From positions 384,001 to 448,000 of the forward strand of contig CAVWWD010000005.1 of the NCBI GenBank assembly GCA_963758635.1: a DNA stretch of 64,000 bases, read 5' to 3'. This DNA comes from an uncultured Candidatus Rokubacteria bacterium (GTDB lineage: Bacteria; Methylomirabilota; Methylomirabilia; Rokubacteriales; CSP1-6). A model generated the notes under the pieces. That model was not told the origin of the DNA, did not search any database, and worked only from the letters and a program-made list of their open reading frames with translations. This document shows, piece after piece, positions 44,123 to 56,779 of this stretch. Within the stretch, counting starts at the first letter, position 1, and each line of letters starts with the position of its first letter. Position numbers and translations under genes: made by a program.

Positions 44123-45206
44123 GAGTAGCTCCCTTCCACGCGGCGGACGATCAGGTCGCCCATCTCGGTGGTCCCCACCGACCGCGTGCCCTCGGCGCGG
44201 ATGTCGGCCGTGCGGTATCCCTCCTCGAGCACCTTCAGCACCGCGGCCTCGATGCGGTCCGCGTCGGGGCCCCGGTTCAGCGAGTAGCGCAGGAGCATCG
44301 CGCCGGACAGGATGGCGGCGATGGGATTGGCCATCCCCTTCCCCGCGATGTCCGGCGCGGTGCCGTGGACCGGCTCGTAGAGCCCCACCCGGCCGCCCAG
44401 GCTCGCCGACGGCAGCATGCCCATGGAGCCGGCGAGGATGGCCGCCTCGTCGGACAGGATGTCGCCGAAGGTGTTCTCGGTGACGATCGTGTCGAACTGC
44501 GTGGGCCGGTTGACCAGCGCCATCGCGCAGTTGTCCACCAGCACGTGCTCGACCTCCACCGCCGGGTAGTCGGCGGCGACGCGGGTGACCACGTCCCGCC
44601 AGAGCTGGGACACGACCAGCACGTTGGACTTGTCCACCGAGGCCAGTCGCCGGCGACGCTTCATGGCCACGTCGAAGGCGGCGCGCGCCACCCGCTCGAT
44701 CTCGCGGGTCGTGTAGACCATCGTGTTCACGGCGCGCTCGCCGCCGTCCGCGGACGCCTCGCGGCCGCGCGGCTCGCCGTAGTAGAGGCCGCCGGTCAGC
44801 TCGCGCACCACCATGAGGTCCGTCCCCTCCACCACGGAGCGCTTGAGCGGAGACGCATCCACCAGCATCGGAAAGCAGCGCGCGGGCCGGAGGTTGGCGA
44901 ACAGGTCCAGCTCCTTGCGGATCTTGAGGAGCCCACGCTCCGGCTTCGTCTCCTGCGGCCGGCTATCCCACTTCGGCCCGCCCACCGCCCCGAACAGGAT
45001 GGCGTCGGCCTGCTGGCACAGGCGGAGCGTGGCGTCGGGGAGCGGCCCGCCGGTGGCGTCGATGGCCGCCCCGCCGACAGCCCCGGCTCGAACTCGAAGG
45101 AGACGCCGGTGGCCTTCGCCACCACCTGGAGCACGCGCTGCGCCTGCGGCGTCACTTCCTGGCCGATGCCGTCACCGGCCAGCACGGCGATCCGGTGCGT
45201 GGCCAT
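44119..45206 (-). CDS. leuB: 3-isopropylmalate dehydrogenase (frameshift near 45080)
   Basis: [42 protein letters not shown]. Confidence 0.95.
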
Positions 45207-45207
45207 C

Positions 45208-45280
45208 TATTGGCCCGCGCATCGACTAATCCGAGCGGTGGACTGAGGGCCGTGGCGGTTACCGCATTCTGTGAGGGTCA

Positions 45281-45284
<4 letters not shown>
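45208..45284. repeat. Repeat family B, copy 3
   Basis: cccgcgcatcgactaatccgagcggtgg...ttaccgcattctgtgagggtcatcag. Confidence 0.85.
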
Positions 45285-46833
<1,549 letters not shown>

Positions 46834-46863
46834 GTGTCTGTCCTTTCTGTGCGCCGGCTGCCG

Positions 46864-47702
46864 TCAGTGGCGCTGTCCGCCTTGCGTGAGTCCCTTGGCG
46901 GCCCGGTCGGCTCCGCCACGGCCCGCCTCGCGGCGCCGCGCCCACACGGGGCGCGCGGGCCCGCTCAGCACGTAGGCCGAGAAGAGCAGGAACAGGAACC
47001 ATTGCGGATGCGTGGCGACGATGAGCACGGCGAGCACGACGAGGAGGAGGACGCCGACCGGCCGCCGGCGCGGGCGAAGTCGATCTGCTTGAAGCTCAGG
47101 TAGCGGAAGGTCGAGACCATGAGCAGCGCGACGAGGTAGGTGCCGATGGCCACCGCCACCGCCTGCCAGCGCTCGATCTCGTCGCCCGGCGAGCAGGAAC
47201 ACCGTCGAGGCCACGATGCCGGCCGCGGCCGGGGTGGGCAGGCCCACGAAGAAGCGCCGGTCGGTCACGCCGGAGTACACGTTGAAGCGGGCCAGCCGCA
47301 GCGCGCCGCAGATCACGAAGAGGAACGCGGCCAGCCACGCCGCCCGGCCGAGCCGCGCCAGGAACATGCGCGTAGAGCATGAACGCGGGGGCCACGCAGA
47401 ACGAGACCACGTCGGCGAGCGAGTCGAACTCCACGCCGAACTGGGTGGTGGTGTTGGTGAGCCGCGCGACCTTGCCCGTCCAGGATGTCCATGACCATGG
47501 CCACGAAGATGGCCACCGCCGCCTCCACGTAGCGCTCCTGCGCGGTGAGCACCAGGGCGAGGAAGCCGCAGATGAGGTTGCCGGTGGTGAGCAGGCTCGG
47601 AAGCAGGAAGATGCCGCGGCGCCGGTGCTCCCGGAGCTGCTGCAGCCGGCGGCGCGCGCCGCGCGACCCTTCCCCGGGGACGTGTCGCCGCCTCATCGCC
47701 AT
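46864..47702 (-). CDS. pssA: CDP-diacylglycerol-serine O-phosphatidyltransferase (frameshifts)
   Basis: LPSLLTTGN, EFDSLADVVSF, ALRLARFN, FVGLPTP. Confidence 0.9.
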
Positions 47703-47744
47703 GCGGGCTGCCTACGCGCGACGCTCCGTGACCGCGTGTCGGCC

Positions 47745-48417
47745 TCACCGGAGCACCGCCATCACCGACTCGCCTCCTCGCATGCGGTCGCCCACGCCCA
47801 CCTGGATCTGCGCGCCCCGGGGCATCAGCACGTCGGTCCGCGATCCGAACCGGATCATCCCGTACCGCTCCCCCGCCTCCAGGGTGTCGCCGGGACGGAC
47901 GCGGCAGACGATGCGCCGTGCCACCACCCCCGCGATCTGCGTGACCGCGACCCGGCCCGCGTCGCCCTCGAGCGCCACCGTGCAGCGCTCGTTCTCGTCG
48001 GACGCCTCCGGCCGGAAGGCGGCCACGAAGCGGCCGGGCACGTACGTCACGTCCCGCACCACGCCGCCGATGGGCGCGCGGTTCACGTGCACGTCGAGCG
48101 GGGACAGGAAGATCGACAGGCGCACCGCCGGGCCCACCCACGGATCGTCGGTCTCCTGGAAGCCCACCACCCGGCCGTCCGCGGGCGCGAGCACCGCCCC
48201 TCGCACCGCGGGAGGCGTGCGCTCGGGATCGCGGAAGAAACCGGCGCACGCCGCGCCCGCCGCGGCGAAGGCCCAGCGCGGAGCGGCGCCGCCCCATGAC
48301 GGCCAGGATACACGCCGCGCCGAGCGGTACCAGCACGAACGGCCAGCCCTCGCGGGCCAGCGGCAGGCGCGGCCGCTCGCCGCGCCCGCCCGCCACCGTC
48401 GCGTGGCCGCTCGTCAC
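47745..48417 (-). CDS. psd: Phosphatidylserine decarboxylase proenzyme (frameshifts)
   Basis: [33 protein letters not shown] cleavage motif. Confidence 0.9.
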
Positions 48418-49418
48418 TCCCTCGGCGGCTTGATCCACGACATCATCTTCCGGAGCCGGGCCCCGACCTCCTCGATCTGGTGGTCGGCGTCGCGCTTGCG
48501 CATGGCGAGGAAGCCCGCCCGGTTCGCCTGGTTCTCGAGCACCCACTCCCGCGCGAACTGGCCGGACTGGATCTCGCTGAGGATCTTCTTCATCTCGGCG
48601 CGCGCCCGGTCGTCGATGATGCGCGGGCCGCGCGTGTAGTCGCCGTACTCCGCGGTGTCGGACACCGAGTAGCGCATGTAGGCGAGGCCGCCCTGGTAGA
48701 ACAGGTCGACGATCAGCTTCATCTCGTGCATGCACTCGAAGTACGCCACCTCGGGCTGGTAGCCGGCCTCGACGAGGGTCTCGAAGGCGGCCTTGATCAG
48801 GTGCGAGACGCCACCGCAGAGCGTGGTCTGCTCGCCGAAGAGGTCGGTCTCGGTCTCTTCCTTGAACGTTGTCTCGATCACGCCCGCCCGCGTGCACCCG
48901 ACGCCCTTGCCGTAGGCGAGGGCCATGTCGCGCGCCTTGCCCGAGACGTCCTGATACACCGCGACCAGGCCGGGGACGCCGGGGCCCTGGGTGAAGAGGT
49001 CGCGCATCACGTGGCCGGGGGCCTTGGGCGCGATCATCGACACGTCCACGTCCGGCGTGGGCACCACCTGGTTGAAGTGGATGTTGAAGCCGTGCGCGAA
49101 CATGAGCGTCTTGCCCTTGCCGAGCGCGCCCTTGATCGCGTCCTCGTAGACCTGGCGCTGCGTCTGGTCGGGCAGCAGCATCATGACCACGTCGCCCGCG
49201 TTGGCGGCGTCCGCCACCGGCATCACCTTGAGCCCGTCCTTCTCCGCGCGCGGCCAGCTCTTGGAGCCCTTGTACAGGCCGACGACGACGTCCTGGCCGG
49301 AGTCCTTCAGGTTCAGCGCGTGGGCGTGGCCCTGGCTGCCGTATCCGATGATGGCGACCTTCTTGCCCTTGAGCAGGCCGAGGTCGGCGTCCTGGTCGTA
49401 GTAGATCTTGGCCGGCAT
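48414..49418 (-). CDS. ilvC: Ketol-acid reductoisomerase
   Basis: [25 protein letters not shown]. Confidence 0.97.
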   Translation of the reverse strand: MPAKIYYDQDADLGLLKGKKVAIIGYGSQGHAHALNLKDSGQDVVVGLYKGSKSWPRAEKDGLKVMPVADAANAGDVVMMLLPDQTQRQVYEDAIKGALGKGKTLMFAHGFNIHFNQVVPTPDVDVSMIAPKAPGHVMRDLFTQGPGVPGLVAVYQDVSGKARDMALAYGKGVGCTRAGVIETTFKEETETDLFGEQTTLCGGVSHLIKAAFETLVEAGYQPEVAYFECMHEMKLIVDLFYQGGLAYMRYSVSDTAEYGDYTRGPRIIDDRARAEMKKILSEIQSGQFAREWVLENQANRAGFLAMRKRDADHQIEEVGARLRKMMSWIKPPRE

Positions 49419-49461
49419 GGTCTGTCCCCCGTCTCTCGCGTGAGTGGTGTTCCGTGTCCCG

Positions 49462-50046
49462 TCAGTCTGCGAATCCGACGACCCTGGGGTCGGGCGGCGC
49501 GGCAGCCGCGCGCGGCTTGCCGAGCTTCGGCTCGACCTTGCGCAGGCGCGTCTTCTGGCCGCGCGCGATCGCCACCTTCCCCGTGCGCACGAGCTCCTGG
49601 ATGCCGAACGGGCGCAGGAGCTCCACGATGGCGTCGAGCTTCTGCTCCTCGCCCGTGATCTCGAGCGTATACGTGGTGGGCGTCACGTCCACCACCTTGG
49701 CCCGGAAGATGTCGCCGAGGCGCAGGATCTCGCTCCGCGCCGACGGCTCGGCGTTGATCCGGATCAGCAGCATCTCGCGCTCCACGTGGTCTTCCTCGCT
49801 GAGGTCCGTCACCTTGATGACGTCGATCAGCTTGTGGAGCTGCTTGATCACCTGCTCGATCACGAACGCATCGCCCCGGACGACGAGCGTCATCCGGGAG
49901 ACCGTCGGGTCCGGCGTCTCGCCCACCGACAGGCTCTCGATGTTGTAGCCGCGCGCCGAGAAGAGCCCGGCCACCCGCGACAGCACGCCGAACTTGTTCT
50001 CGACCAGCACGGCGATCGTGTGCTTCCGCTGCTCCTCCTCGCTCAC
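49462..50046 (-). CDS. ilvN: Acetolactate synthase small subunit
   Basis: [26 protein letters not shown]. Confidence 0.95.
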   Translation of the reverse strand: MSEEEQRKHTIAVLVENKFGVLSRVAGLFSARGYNIESLSVGETPDPTVSRMTLVVRGDAFVIEQVIKQLHKLIDVIKVTDLSEEDHVEREMLLIRINAEPSARSEILRLGDIFRAKVVDVTPTTYTLEITGEEQKLDAIVELLRPFGIQELVRTGKVAIARGQKTRLRKVEPKLGKPRAAAAPPDPRVVGFAD

Positions 50047-50065
50047 CCGGTCCTTCCTTTCCGCC

Positions 50066-51820
50066 CTAGAAGCCCGTCTGTGACTTCATGGCCCGCTCCC
50101 GCACCTCGCGACTGGGTGGCGCGAGGATCATGTCGGTGTTGGCGCCGCCCGCGGGCACCATCGGGAACACGCACTCGTCCTTGTCCACCCAGACGTCGAG
50201 CACCACCGGCCCCGGCGTGGCGATCATGCGCTCGAGCGCCGGCATCACGTCGCTCGGCTTGGTCGCCCGGATGCCCGTGCACCCGTAGGCTTCGGCGAGC
50301 TTCACGAAGTCGGGGCTGCCGTGGAAGTCGATCGCGCAGAAGCGCTCCTTGTAGATGATCCGCTGCCACTGCCGCACCATGCCGTGGCCCGAGTTGTTGA
50401 TGATCACGGTCTTCACGGGCAGGCGCTCCTCGAAGCACGTGGCGAGCTCCTGGCTGTTCATCACGAAGGAGCCGTCGCCGTCGATGTTGATGACCGTGCG
50501 ATCGGGATGGCCGGCCTGCACGCCCATGGCGCACGGCAGGCCGTAGCCCATGGTGCCGAGGCCGCCGGACGTGCACCAGGAGCGCGGGCTGGTGAAGCGG
50601 TAGTACTGGGCCGCCCACATCTGGTGCTGGCCGACGCCGGTGACGATGAGGGCCTCGCCCTTGGTGAGGTTCGAGATCTCCTCGACCACGTGCTGCGGCT
50701 TGATCACGTTGTCGTCCCACTCGTAGCGGAGCGGCTGGTCGCGCTTCCACTCCGCCACCTGCTCCGCCCACTGCCGCCGCGTCTCGCGGAGCACGCCGGC
50801 GGGGTAGCTCTTGAGCTCCTCGCGCACCGCCTCGACCAGGCGCGCGAGCACGCGCTTGCAGTCCCCGACGATCGGGATGTTGACCTTGATGTTCTTCGAG
50901 ATCGACGAGGGGTCGATGTCGATGTGGATGATCTCCGCCTTGGGCGCGAAGGCGTCCACCCGGCCCGTCACCCGGTCGTCGAAGCGCGCGCCCACCGCCA
51001 CCAGCACGTCGGAGTGGTGCACGGCCATGTTCGCGTAGTAGGTGCCGTGCATGCCCAGCATGTCGAGGGACAGCGGATGGGCCATGGGGAAGGCGCCCAG
51101 CCCCATGAGGGTCTGCGTCACCGGCACCTGGGTGAGCTCGGCGAGCTCGCGGAGCTCGGGCGAGGCGTCCGCGGAGATGGCGCCGCCGCCCACGTAGAGC
51201 ACGGGGCGCTTGGCGCGCACCAGCGAGCGCGCGGCCTTCTTGATCTGGCCGGGGTGCCCCTCGTACGTCGGGTTGTACGAGCGCAGGTGCACGCTCTCCG
51301 GGTACTCGAAGGGCCACTCCTTCACGAGCACGTCCTTGGGCAGGTCCACGTGCACGGGCCCGGGGCGGCCGGTGGCGGCGATGTGGAAGGCTTCCTTCAC
51401 GATCCCCGCCAGCTCGGCGCCGTCCTTCACCAGGTAGTTGTGCTTGGTGGCGGAGCGGCTGATGCCGACGTTGTCCGCCTCCTGGAAGGCGTCGTTGCCG
51501 ATGAGGTGCGTTGGCACCTGGCCCGTGAACGCGACGATCGGGATCGAGTCCATCAGCGCGTCCTGCAGCGCCGTCACCAGGTTGGTGGCGGCGGGCCCGG
51601 ACGTGACGATGCAGACCCCGACCTTGCCCGTGGTGCGCGCGTATCCTTCCGCGGCATGCCCGGCCGCGGCTTCCTGGCGGACGAGGATGTGCCGGAGCCC
51701 TTCGAAGTCGTAGAGCGCATCGTAGATGGGAAGGACCGCGCCGCCGGGCAGCCCGAAGACAATGTCCACGCCTTCCCGCTTCAGCGACTCCAGAAGAATC
51801 CGCGCGCCTGACAGTTTCAC
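50066..51820 (-). CDS. ilvB: Acetolactate synthase large subunit
   Basis: FGLPGG, GMHG, GQHQMW, GDGSFVMN, GMVRQWQ. Confidence 0.96.
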   Translation of the reverse strand: MKLSGARILLESLKREGVDIVFGLPGGAVLPIYDALYDFEGLRHILVRQEAAAGHAAEGYARTTGKVGVCIVTSGPAATNLVTALQDALMDSIPIVAFTGQVPTHLIGNDAFQEADNVGISRSATKHNYLVKDGAELAGIVKEAFHIAATGRPGPVHVDLPKDVLVKEWPFEYPESVHLRSYNPTYEGHPGQIKKAARSLVRAKRPVLYVGGGAISADASPELRELAELTQVPVTQTLMGLGAFPMAHPLSLDMLGMHGTYYANMAVHHSDVLVAVGARFDDRVTGRVDAFAPKAEIIHIDIDPSSISKNIKVNIPIVGDCKRVLARLVEAVREELKSYPAGVLRETRRQWAEQVAEWKRDQPLRYEWDDNVIKPQHVVEEISNLTKGEALIVTGVGQHQMWAAQYYRFTSPRSWCTSGGLGTMGYGLPCAMGVQAGHPDRTVINIDGDGSFVMNSQELATCFEERLPVKTVIINNSGHGMVRQWQRIIYKERFCAIDFHGSPDFVKLAEAYGCTGIRATKPSDVMPALERMIATPGPVVLDVWVDKDECVFPMVPAGGANTDMILAPPSREVRERAMKSQTGF

Positions 51821-51869
51821 CGCAAGGCCTCCTTCATGCGAGATCTCTTGTCTTCACTTCAAAAGCGAC

Positions 51870-51960
51870 CCGCGTGTGCTCGGTCGCTGCGACCCCCTGT
51901 AGTTGTTTCCACTGCATTTCCATATACGCTCGGCTCGCCTTCGGCTCACCTCGCAAGAGC
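51870..51960. repeat. Repeat family C copy
   Basis: ctcggtcgc...gttgtttccactgcatttccatatacgctcggctcgccttcggctcacctcgcaa. Confidence 0.9.
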
Positions 51961-52013
51961 CACTGCCCCGGACAACCCGCGTGGCTCATCCCCGATCGAA
52001 GCGCTCGGTCCGC

Positions 52014-52898
52014 TCAAAGTAGACCTGCCGATGCCAAAGCCTCCTTGATGTCTTCGATGGCGTCGCCGTCCGGCGTTCCGAGGGGGGCGCGGCAGGGGCC
52101 GCCGTAGAAGCCCTGGAGGTCCAGGGCGGCCTTGAGGCCGCCGATGCCGTGACGGGCGACGACGCCGCGATCGGCCAGCATCATGCGGGCGGCGACCTCC
52201 TTCGCCTCCTCCCAGCGGTTGTCGCGCGCCAGCGCGTAGACCTGGCAGAACTCGCGCGCCGCGATGGCGGCGAGCCCGAGGATCCCCCCGGACGTGCCGA
52301 TGGCGAGCCCGGGCAGGAGCGCCGCCGCCGACCCCACGAGCACGTGGAAGCTTTTCGGGGTGAGGTGGATGGTCTGCGCCGTCTGCGGGATGTTCCCCGA
52401 CGAGTCCTTGATCCCGCACACGTTCGGGTGCTCGGCGATGCGGGCCACGGTGTCCGGCTCGAGGTTGATGCCCGTGTTCACCGGGACGTTCTCGATCATG
52501 ACCGGGATCGGCGACACCTCGGCGACGGCGAGGAAGTGCCGCACCTGCGCCGCGGGGCCGAACCCGCGGGTGAAGTAGTGCGGCGTGATCACGAGGGCCG
52601 CGTCGGCGCCGATCTCCGCCGCGCGCCTCGTCTGCCGGATCGTGAGGAGCGTGGAGTCGTGGCCGGTGCCCGCGATCATGACCCGATGGGGCGGGATGGC
52701 CTGACGCGCCGCCACCAGCACGGCGTCGCGCTCGGCCTCCGAGAGCATCGGGAACTCGCCCGTGGAGCCCAGGGCCACGTACCCGGCGAGCGGCGCGTCG
52801 TTCCAGCGCGCGATGTTGGCGCGGAGGCCGCCGACGGCGATCCCGTCGCCGCGGAAGGGCGTGGGGACGGGGATGAAGACGCCGGCGAGCTCACGCAT
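52014..52898 (-). CDS. DapA/HOGA-family class I aldolase
   Basis: GSTGEF, GIKDSSG, ITPHYF; IENVP replaces the usual YNxP. Confidence 0.85.
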   Translation of the reverse strand: MRELAGVFIPVPTPFRGDGIAVGGLRANIARWNDAPLAGYVALGSTGEFPMLSEAERDAVLVAARQAIPPHRVMIAGTGHDSTLLTIRQTRRAAEIGADAALVITPHYFTRGFGPAAQVRHFLAVAEVSPIPVMIENVPVNTGINLEPDTVARIAEHPNVCGIKDSSGNIPQTAQTIHLTPKSFHVLVGSAAALLPGLAIGTSGGILGLAAIAAREFCQVYALARDNRWEEAKEVAARMMLADRGVVARHGIGGLKAALDLQGFYGGPCRAPLGTPDGDAIEDIKEALASAGLL

Positions 52899-52986
52899 GG
52901 CGGCGGGTCTCCCCGTTGGCGGGTTGCCCGCGAGTCTGTGCAGTCTTGCGAGCTGGCGACTTCTTGCGAGTCGCGGCTCTTGCGAG

Positions 52987-53077
52987 CCGCGATTTCTCGG
53001 TCGCGGCGGCCCCCTGGGGTTGTTTCCACTTCATTTCCATATGCGCTCGGCTCGCCTTCGGCTCAGCCTCGCAAAGC
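52987..53077. repeat. Repeat family C copy overlapping the ppdK 3' end
   Basis: Aligns along its length with 51870-51960. Confidence 0.9.
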
Positions 53078-55795
53078 AATTTCTTTGACGCGAGCCTGGG
53101 CCGCGGCGAGCCAGGCGATGGGGACCAGGTAGGGCGAGCACGAGACGTAGGTCATGCCGACGCGGTGGCAGAACTCCACCGACGAGGGCTCGCCGCCGTG
53201 CTCGCCGCAGATGCCCACCTTGAGCGTGGGCCGGGTCTTCCGGCCGCGCTCGATGCCGATGCGGATCATCTCGCCCACGCCTTCCTGGTCGAGCACCGCG
53301 AACGGGTCGGCGGGGAGGAGCTTCTTCTCGAGGTAGAAGGGCAGGAACTTCCCGATGTCGTCGCGGCTGTAGCCGAACGTCATCTGGGTGAGATCGTTGG
53401 TCCCGAACGAGAAGAACTCGGCGACCTCGGCGAGCTGGCCGGCGACCAGCGAGGCGCGCGGCACCTCGATCATGGTGCCCACCGTGTAGGGCACGGTGAC
53501 GCCGGTGTCCGCGATCACGCGGTCGGCGACCCGGCGGGTCATGTCGCCGGTGAGGCGCATCTCGGCCATCGTCCCCGTGAGCGGGATCATGATCTCGGGC
53601 GAGACGCGGACGCCGCGGCGGGCCACGGCGCACGCCGCCTCCATGATGGCGCGCACCTGCATCTCGTAGATCTCGGGGAACGTGATGCCGAGCCGGCAGC
53701 CGCGGTGGCCCAGCATGGGGTTCGACTCGGCGAGAGCCTCGAGCCGATCCTTGATCGCCTGGAGCTCCTGGTGCCGCGCGGGGTTGAACCCGCGCGCGTC
53801 GAGCCGCGTGTACTCCTCGAGCACGTCGGCATACTTGGGCAGGAACTCGTGGAGCGGGGGGTCGAGGAGCCGGATGGTCACGGGCCTGCCGTCCATCGCG
53901 GTGAAGATGCCCACGAAGTCCTCGCGCTGGAAGGGCAGCAGCCGGTCCACCGCCTTCTGCCGCTCGGACACGTCGGCGGCCATGATCATCTCGCGGACGA
54001 TCGAGATCCGCTCCGGCTTGAAGAACATGTGCTCGGTCCGCACCAGCCCGATGCCCTCGGCGTCGAACTCGAGCGCCTTGGCGGCGTCCTCCGGCGTGTC
54101 GGCGTTGGCGCGCACCCGCGTCGTGCTCACCTCGCGCGCCCAGTCCAGCAGCTCCTTGAACTCCTTCGAGAGCGGCGGTTGCACGAGCCGGAGCCGCTTG
54201 GTGACGACCTCCCCCTTCTCGGTCAGCGTGATCCACTGCCCCTCGCGGATGCGCTCGCGGCCGATCTCGAGGATCCGCCGCTCCTCGTCCACGACCGCGT
54301 CGCTGGTCCCGACGACGCACGGCTTGCCCCAGCCCCGGGCCACGACCGCGGCATGCGACGTGAGGCCGCCGCGGGAGGTGAGGATCCCCTGCGCCGCGCG
54401 CATGCCGGCGACGTCCTCCGGGGACGTCTCCGCCCGGACGAGGATCACGTCCTGCTCGAGGAGCGCCTTCTCCACCGCGGTGTCGGGATGGAACACGACG
54501 GTGCCCACGGCGGCGCCGTGCGTGGCCGCGAGGCCCTTCGTCGAGGGCGTGTACGTCTCGTCCGGGTCGACGACCTTGTGGAGGAGCTCGTTGATCCGCT
54601 CGGGCTCCAGGCGCAGGAGCGCGGTGTCGCGGTCGATCAGCCGCTCCGCCACCATCTCCACGGCGATCCGCACCGCGGCGGCCGCCGTGCGCTTGCCCGC
54701 GCGCGTCTGCAGGAGGTAGAGGGTGCCGTCCTGGACGGTGAACTCCATGTCCTGCATGTCGCGGTAGTGCTTCTCGAGACGGTCCTTGATCGTGACGAGC
54801 TTCCGGTACACCTCGGGCATCCGCCGCTCGAGGGCGGACAGCGGCTCGGGGGTGCGGATGCCCGCCACGACGTCCTCGCCCTGCGCGTTGACCAGGAACT
54901 CGCCGAAGAAGCGGCGCTCGCCCGTGGTGGGGTCGCGGCTGAAGCACACGCCGGTGCCAGAGCGCTCGCCCAGGTTGCCGAACACCATGGCCATCACGGT
55001 GACGGCGGTGCCCCAGTCGTCGGGCAGCCGGTGGATGCGCCGGTAGTCCATCGCCTTCTTCGCGAACCAGGAGTCGAACACGGCCTTGACGGCCAGCCGG
55101 AGCTGCTCCGCCGGGTCCTGGGGAAAGGCGCCGCCCGTCCGCTCCGCGATCAGACGCTTGAAGTCCGCGACCAGCTCCTGGAGCATCGGCGCGGGCACCT
55201 CGGCGTCGGTCTGGACGCCGGCGCGAGCCTTCGCCTGGTCGAGCTTCTCGTCGAACGCGCGGCGCTCGATCCCGAGGACCACGTCGCCGAAGATCGTGAG
55301 GAAGCGCCGGTAGCAGTCCCAGGCGAAGCGTTCGTTGCGCGTGCGGCGGGCGAGGCCGATCACGGTGCGGTCGTTGAGGCCCAGGTTGAGAACGGTGTCC
55401 ATCATGCCGGGCATCGACGCGCGCGCGCCGGACCGCACCGACACCAGGAGCGGCCGCTCGGCGTCGCCCAGCCTGGCCCCCGCCGCTCGTTCGAGCCGCT
55501 GGAGGCCGGCCTCGACCTGAGGCCAGAGCGCCGGCGGGTAGGTCTTCCCCGCCGTCTCGTAGGCGCGCCACGCCGTGGTCGTGATCGTGAAGCCGGGAGG
55601 AACCGGGATGCCGAGGTTGGTCATCTCGGCGAGCTCGCAGCCCTTGCCGCCGAGGAGGTCGCGGAGCGCGCTCGATCCTTCGGCTTTCCCCGCGCCGAAG
55701 GAGTAGACGTACTTGGGGCCGCGGGTGTCCGCACGTGGACCCCCGACGCGAGCCGCTCTCGCGGGCGCGCCCTTGCGCGTGGTAGTCCTCGCCAT
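53063..55795 (-). CDS. ppdK: Pyruvate, phosphate dikinase
   Basis: LLGGKG, SVRSGA, GGLTSHAAVVARG, FSFGTNDLTQ, GICGEHGG. Confidence 0.97.
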   Translation of the reverse strand: MARTTTRKGAPARAARVGGPRADTRGPKYVYSFGAGKAEGSSALRDLLGGKGCELAEMTNLGIPVPPGFTITTTAWRAYETAGKTYPPALWPQVEAGLQRLERAAGARLGDAERPLLVSVRSGARASMPGMMDTVLNLGLNDRTVIGLARRTRNERFAWDCYRRFLTIFGDVVLGIERRAFDEKLDQAKARAGVQTDAEVPAPMLQELVADFKRLIAERTGGAFPQDPAEQLRLAVKAVFDSWFAKKAMDYRRIHRLPDDWGTAVTVMAMVFGNLGERSGTGVCFSRDPTTGERRFFGEFLVNAQGEDVVAGIRTPEPLSALERRMPEVYRKLVTIKDRLEKHYRDMQDMEFTVQDGTLYLLQTRAGKRTAAAAVRIAVEMVAERLIDRDTALLRLEPERINELLHKVVDPDETYTPSTKGLAATHGAAVGTVVFHPDTAVEKALLEQDVILVRAETSPEDVAGMRAAQGILTSRGGLTSHAAVVARGWGKPCVVGTSDAVVDEERRILEIGRERIREGQWITLTEKGEVVTKRLRLVQPPLSKEFKELLDWAREVSTTRVRANADTPEDAAKALEFDAEGIGLVRTEHMFFKPERISIVREMIMAADVSERQKAVDRLLPFQREDFVGIFTAMDGRPVTIRLLDPPLHEFLPKYADVLEEYTRLDARGFNPARHQELQAIKDRLEALAESNPMLGHRGCRLGITFPEIYEMQVRAIMEAACAVARRGVRVSPEIMIPLTGTMAEMRLTGDMTRRVADRVIADTGVTVPYTVGTMIEVPRASLVAGQLAEVAEFFSFGTNDLTQMTFGYSRDDIGKFLPFYLEKKLLPADPFAVLDQEGVGEMIRIGIERGRKTRPTLKVGICGEHGGEPSSVEFCHRVGMTYVSCSPYLVPIAWLAAAQARVKEIALRG

Positions 55796-55872
55796 CCGAA
55801 ACGGCCCCTCCGGCTGAGTCCTCTACCGGGACAGAAAAGACAGGTCCAGAACGGCGACCTGATTATCGAGCG

Positions 55873-55901
55873 ATGTTAAGGGAGGGGGTGCGAGAAGTCA
55901 A
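55873..55901 (-). promoter_or_regulatory. sigma70-type promoter of ppdK
   Basis: TTGACT-17 nt-TAACAT. Confidence 0.55.
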
Positions 55902-55960
55902 ACGATTATTCTTGCTCGACGCGGACTTACACTTCGCTGGCCGCCCCCGGATGCGGTGAG

Positions 55961-56779
55961 TCACCCGCCTCGGCGCCGGCGGCCCGGCGCCGGCGTGCCC
56001 GACCGGGCGCGGCTCGCCTCTCCCCCGCTCGGGCCCATCACGAGCTTCTCCACCTCGATCAGGTGGTCGAGGACGGCGCGGTGCGTTCCCATCTCGTCAC
56101 GGCGGCGGAGCGCATCGAGCACCCGGACGTGGTCCTGGTGGGAGCGGGTGGGCCGGCCGGGCGTGTGCAGCGACTCCTCACGGCTCTGGGCGAGCAGGTC
56201 CATGAGGGCGTTGACGATGCGGCTGATGGCGCGGTTGTGGGCGCTCTGGGCGAGGGCCCGGTGAAAGGCCGCGTCCTGGGACAGCCCCGTGCCCCCCTGG
56301 GTGACCTCCTTGGCCTGCTCCTCGAGGATGCGCTCCATCTCCGCGATCTCGTCGGGGGTGGCCCGGCGGGCGGCGAGCGCGGCGATGGCGGGCTCGAGGA
56401 GCCGGCGGGCCTCGAAGAGCTCCCCGACGCCCTCGCGATGGGGCAGGATCACCAGCGCCAGCGGCTCGATCAAGGCTTCGAGGGAGATGTCGCGCACGAA
56501 CGCGCCCTCGCCCGCCCTGATCTCGATGAGGCCGCGGCTCTCCAGCGAGCGCAGCGCCTCTCGCACCGACGTGCGGCTCACCATGAACTTCTCGGCCAGC
56601 TCGCGCTCCGGCGGCAGCCGGTCGCCGGACTTGAGCTTCCCCTCGGCGATGAGGACCTTCACCTGCTTGACGATCTCCTCATAGATGCGGGTCGAGCGGA
56701 CGGGCTCGAGGTCCACCGCGCTGGCCAGAGGCGCCGGCCGGCCCGCGGGGCGCCCGCCGTCGCCGGCGCGGGAGCTCAT
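55961..56779 (-). CDS. GntR/FadR-family transcriptional regulator
   Basis: GDRLPPERELA, VSRTSVREAL, FCD domain DAAFH; ATG 56779 overlaps tctA stop. Confidence 0.92.
   Translation of the reverse strand: MSSRAGDGGRPAGRPAPLASAVDLEPVRSTRIYEEIVKQVKVLIAEGKLKSGDRLPPERELAEKFMVSRTSVREALRSLESRGLIEIRAGEGAFVRDISLEALIEPLALVILPHREGVGELFEARRLLEPAIAALAARRATPDEIAEMERILEEQAKEVTQGGTGLSQDAAFHRALAQSAHNRAISRIVNALMDLLAQSREESLHTPGRPTRSHQDHVRVLDALRRRDEMGTHRAVLDHLIEVEKLVMGPSGGEASRARSGTPAPGRRRRGG

Noticed and set aside
52014..52898. Assigning the symbol dapA
   Set aside because: Family is clear, but motif changes and lack of dapB context leave the substrate uncertain.
52915..52990. Tandem GCAA-loop hairpins on the minus strand as a riboswitch
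   Set aside because: No known aptamer is recognisable, and repeated CGC-AAG (Arg-Lys) codons of the probable PPDK tail explain the pattern equally well.
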